DNA from: a bacterium
GTDB lineage: Bacteria > RBG-13-61-14 > DATKZS01
Direction: 5' to 3'
Assembly (NCBI GenBank): GCA_963674965.2
Contig: CAXXFL010000006.1
Coordinates: forward strand, 1,120,001-1,184,000
Length of the DNA stretch: 64,000 bases
Shown piece after piece: positions 63,327 through 64,000 of this stretch; within the stretch, counting starts at the first letter, position 1; each line of letters opens with the position of its first letter. The translations under genes and the position numbers were made by a program. The notes beneath the pieces were generated by a model. That model did not search any database. It worked only from the letters and a program-made list of their open reading frames with translations, and had not been told where the DNA came from.

Positions 63327-64000
63327 TCATTGCCTTTGCTCGGCCGTGACAGGCATGAATATGACCCTGTATTCCTCTATTTTACAATCCTTCGAATTCA
63401 CGGGAACGATCATGATTCCCTTGATGGACTCAATGGCTATCCAATCCGGATAATTGGCGACTGGAAGAATGATCTTCTTTTCTCCTTTTGCCGTGGAAAT
63501 GGGAAATTGCAGTTTATTGCGTTCATCATAATCGTCGGCGCTATTTTCCTTCCAATATATATATCCTTCAAGGTCTTTTGGATTACGGCATTCTATCTCC
63601 ATGTCTATTTCAATGGAATTGACGATGGAGGGAGTTATATCCATATTTGAAAGAGTGAAAAAAGGATCGTCCGCGGTGGTGACGCATCCGCTGATTGGAG
63701 ACGTTTCGCAATGATGTATTATTAAGCCGTTGCTGAAATTTACCTCGATCGCGGACAAGTCGGTCCCGCTTACAAGCTTTATAACCTGGTTCCTGTTTTC
63801 TACGGTTTTTCTTATACTCTCGGTAACGTCCTCGAATTCTCCCGAGATTTTGTTCCATTTTAGAAAAATGGAAAAATAATCAAGAAAGCACGGGTCTTTT
63901 GGAAGAGTGAAAGGAGACAAATCGAATTTCAGGCGTTTGGTGGACACTCTTTTAAAATCATAGAATTTTTCCACGTCTTTGAATGGTTCGATGGCTAAAT
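63327..64000 (-). CDS. Hypothetical protein, 5' end beyond the window
   Basis: Open frame to the window edge; beta-rich C-terminus (DPFF...IYW...Y.E...F...P.W). Confidence 0.55.
   Translation of the reverse strand, partial: LAIEPFKDVEKFYDFKRVSTKRLKFDLSPFTLPKDPCFLDYFSIFLKWNKISGEFEDVTESIRKTVENRNQVIKLVSGTDLSAIEVNFSNGLIIHHCETSPISGCVTTADDPFFTLSNMDITPSIVNSIEIDMEIECRNPKDLEGYIYWKENSADDYDERNKLQFPISTAKGEKKIILPVANYPDWIAIESIKGIMIVPVNSKDCKIEEYRVIFMPVTAEQRQ

Noticed and set aside
56321-64000. TR or reverse transcriptase downstream of avd
   Set aside because: No AAC-rich copy of the VR and no YxDD RT ORF was found by eye.

Overview
GC-rich bacterial chromosome window whose gene content suggests a deltaproteobacterial (Desulfobacterota/Myxococcota-like) organism; the taxonomy is inferred. 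Positions 1-54.5 kb are mostly housekeeping and metabolic genes: GH15, GH31 and GH2 glycosidases, an acyl-CoA synthetase, two hybrid histidine kinases, an MCP, two DUF362 proteins, CPA1 and CPA2 antiporters, asnS, cyaB, two SGNH-TPR paralogs, wzm, a YfhO-type gene and mnmA. This part also holds an in-frame mtaB-rnc (RNase III) fusion ORF, a modular REP-like palindromic repeat family and an internally deleted IS630. Positions 54.6-64 kb are an accessory, decaying region. Its standout is a secreted FGE-sulfatase/C-type-lectin-fold gene with hallmarks of a diversity-generating retroelement (DGR) target: a VR-like 3' end with NNY codons, a downstream perfect hairpin and an adjacent truncated avd. 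No TR or RT is visible in the window. Upstream is a sigma70 promoter whose -35/-10 spacer contains a G14 tract, suggesting slipped-strand phase variation layered on DGR hypermutation. Downstream are two toxin-antitoxin pairs with dead toxins (one split by a REP-carrying MITE), a Fic gene, an intact IS with a 6-bp TSD and several gene fragments. No rRNA, tRNA or CRISPR array was recognised. Family calls come from recalled motifs; no database searches were run.
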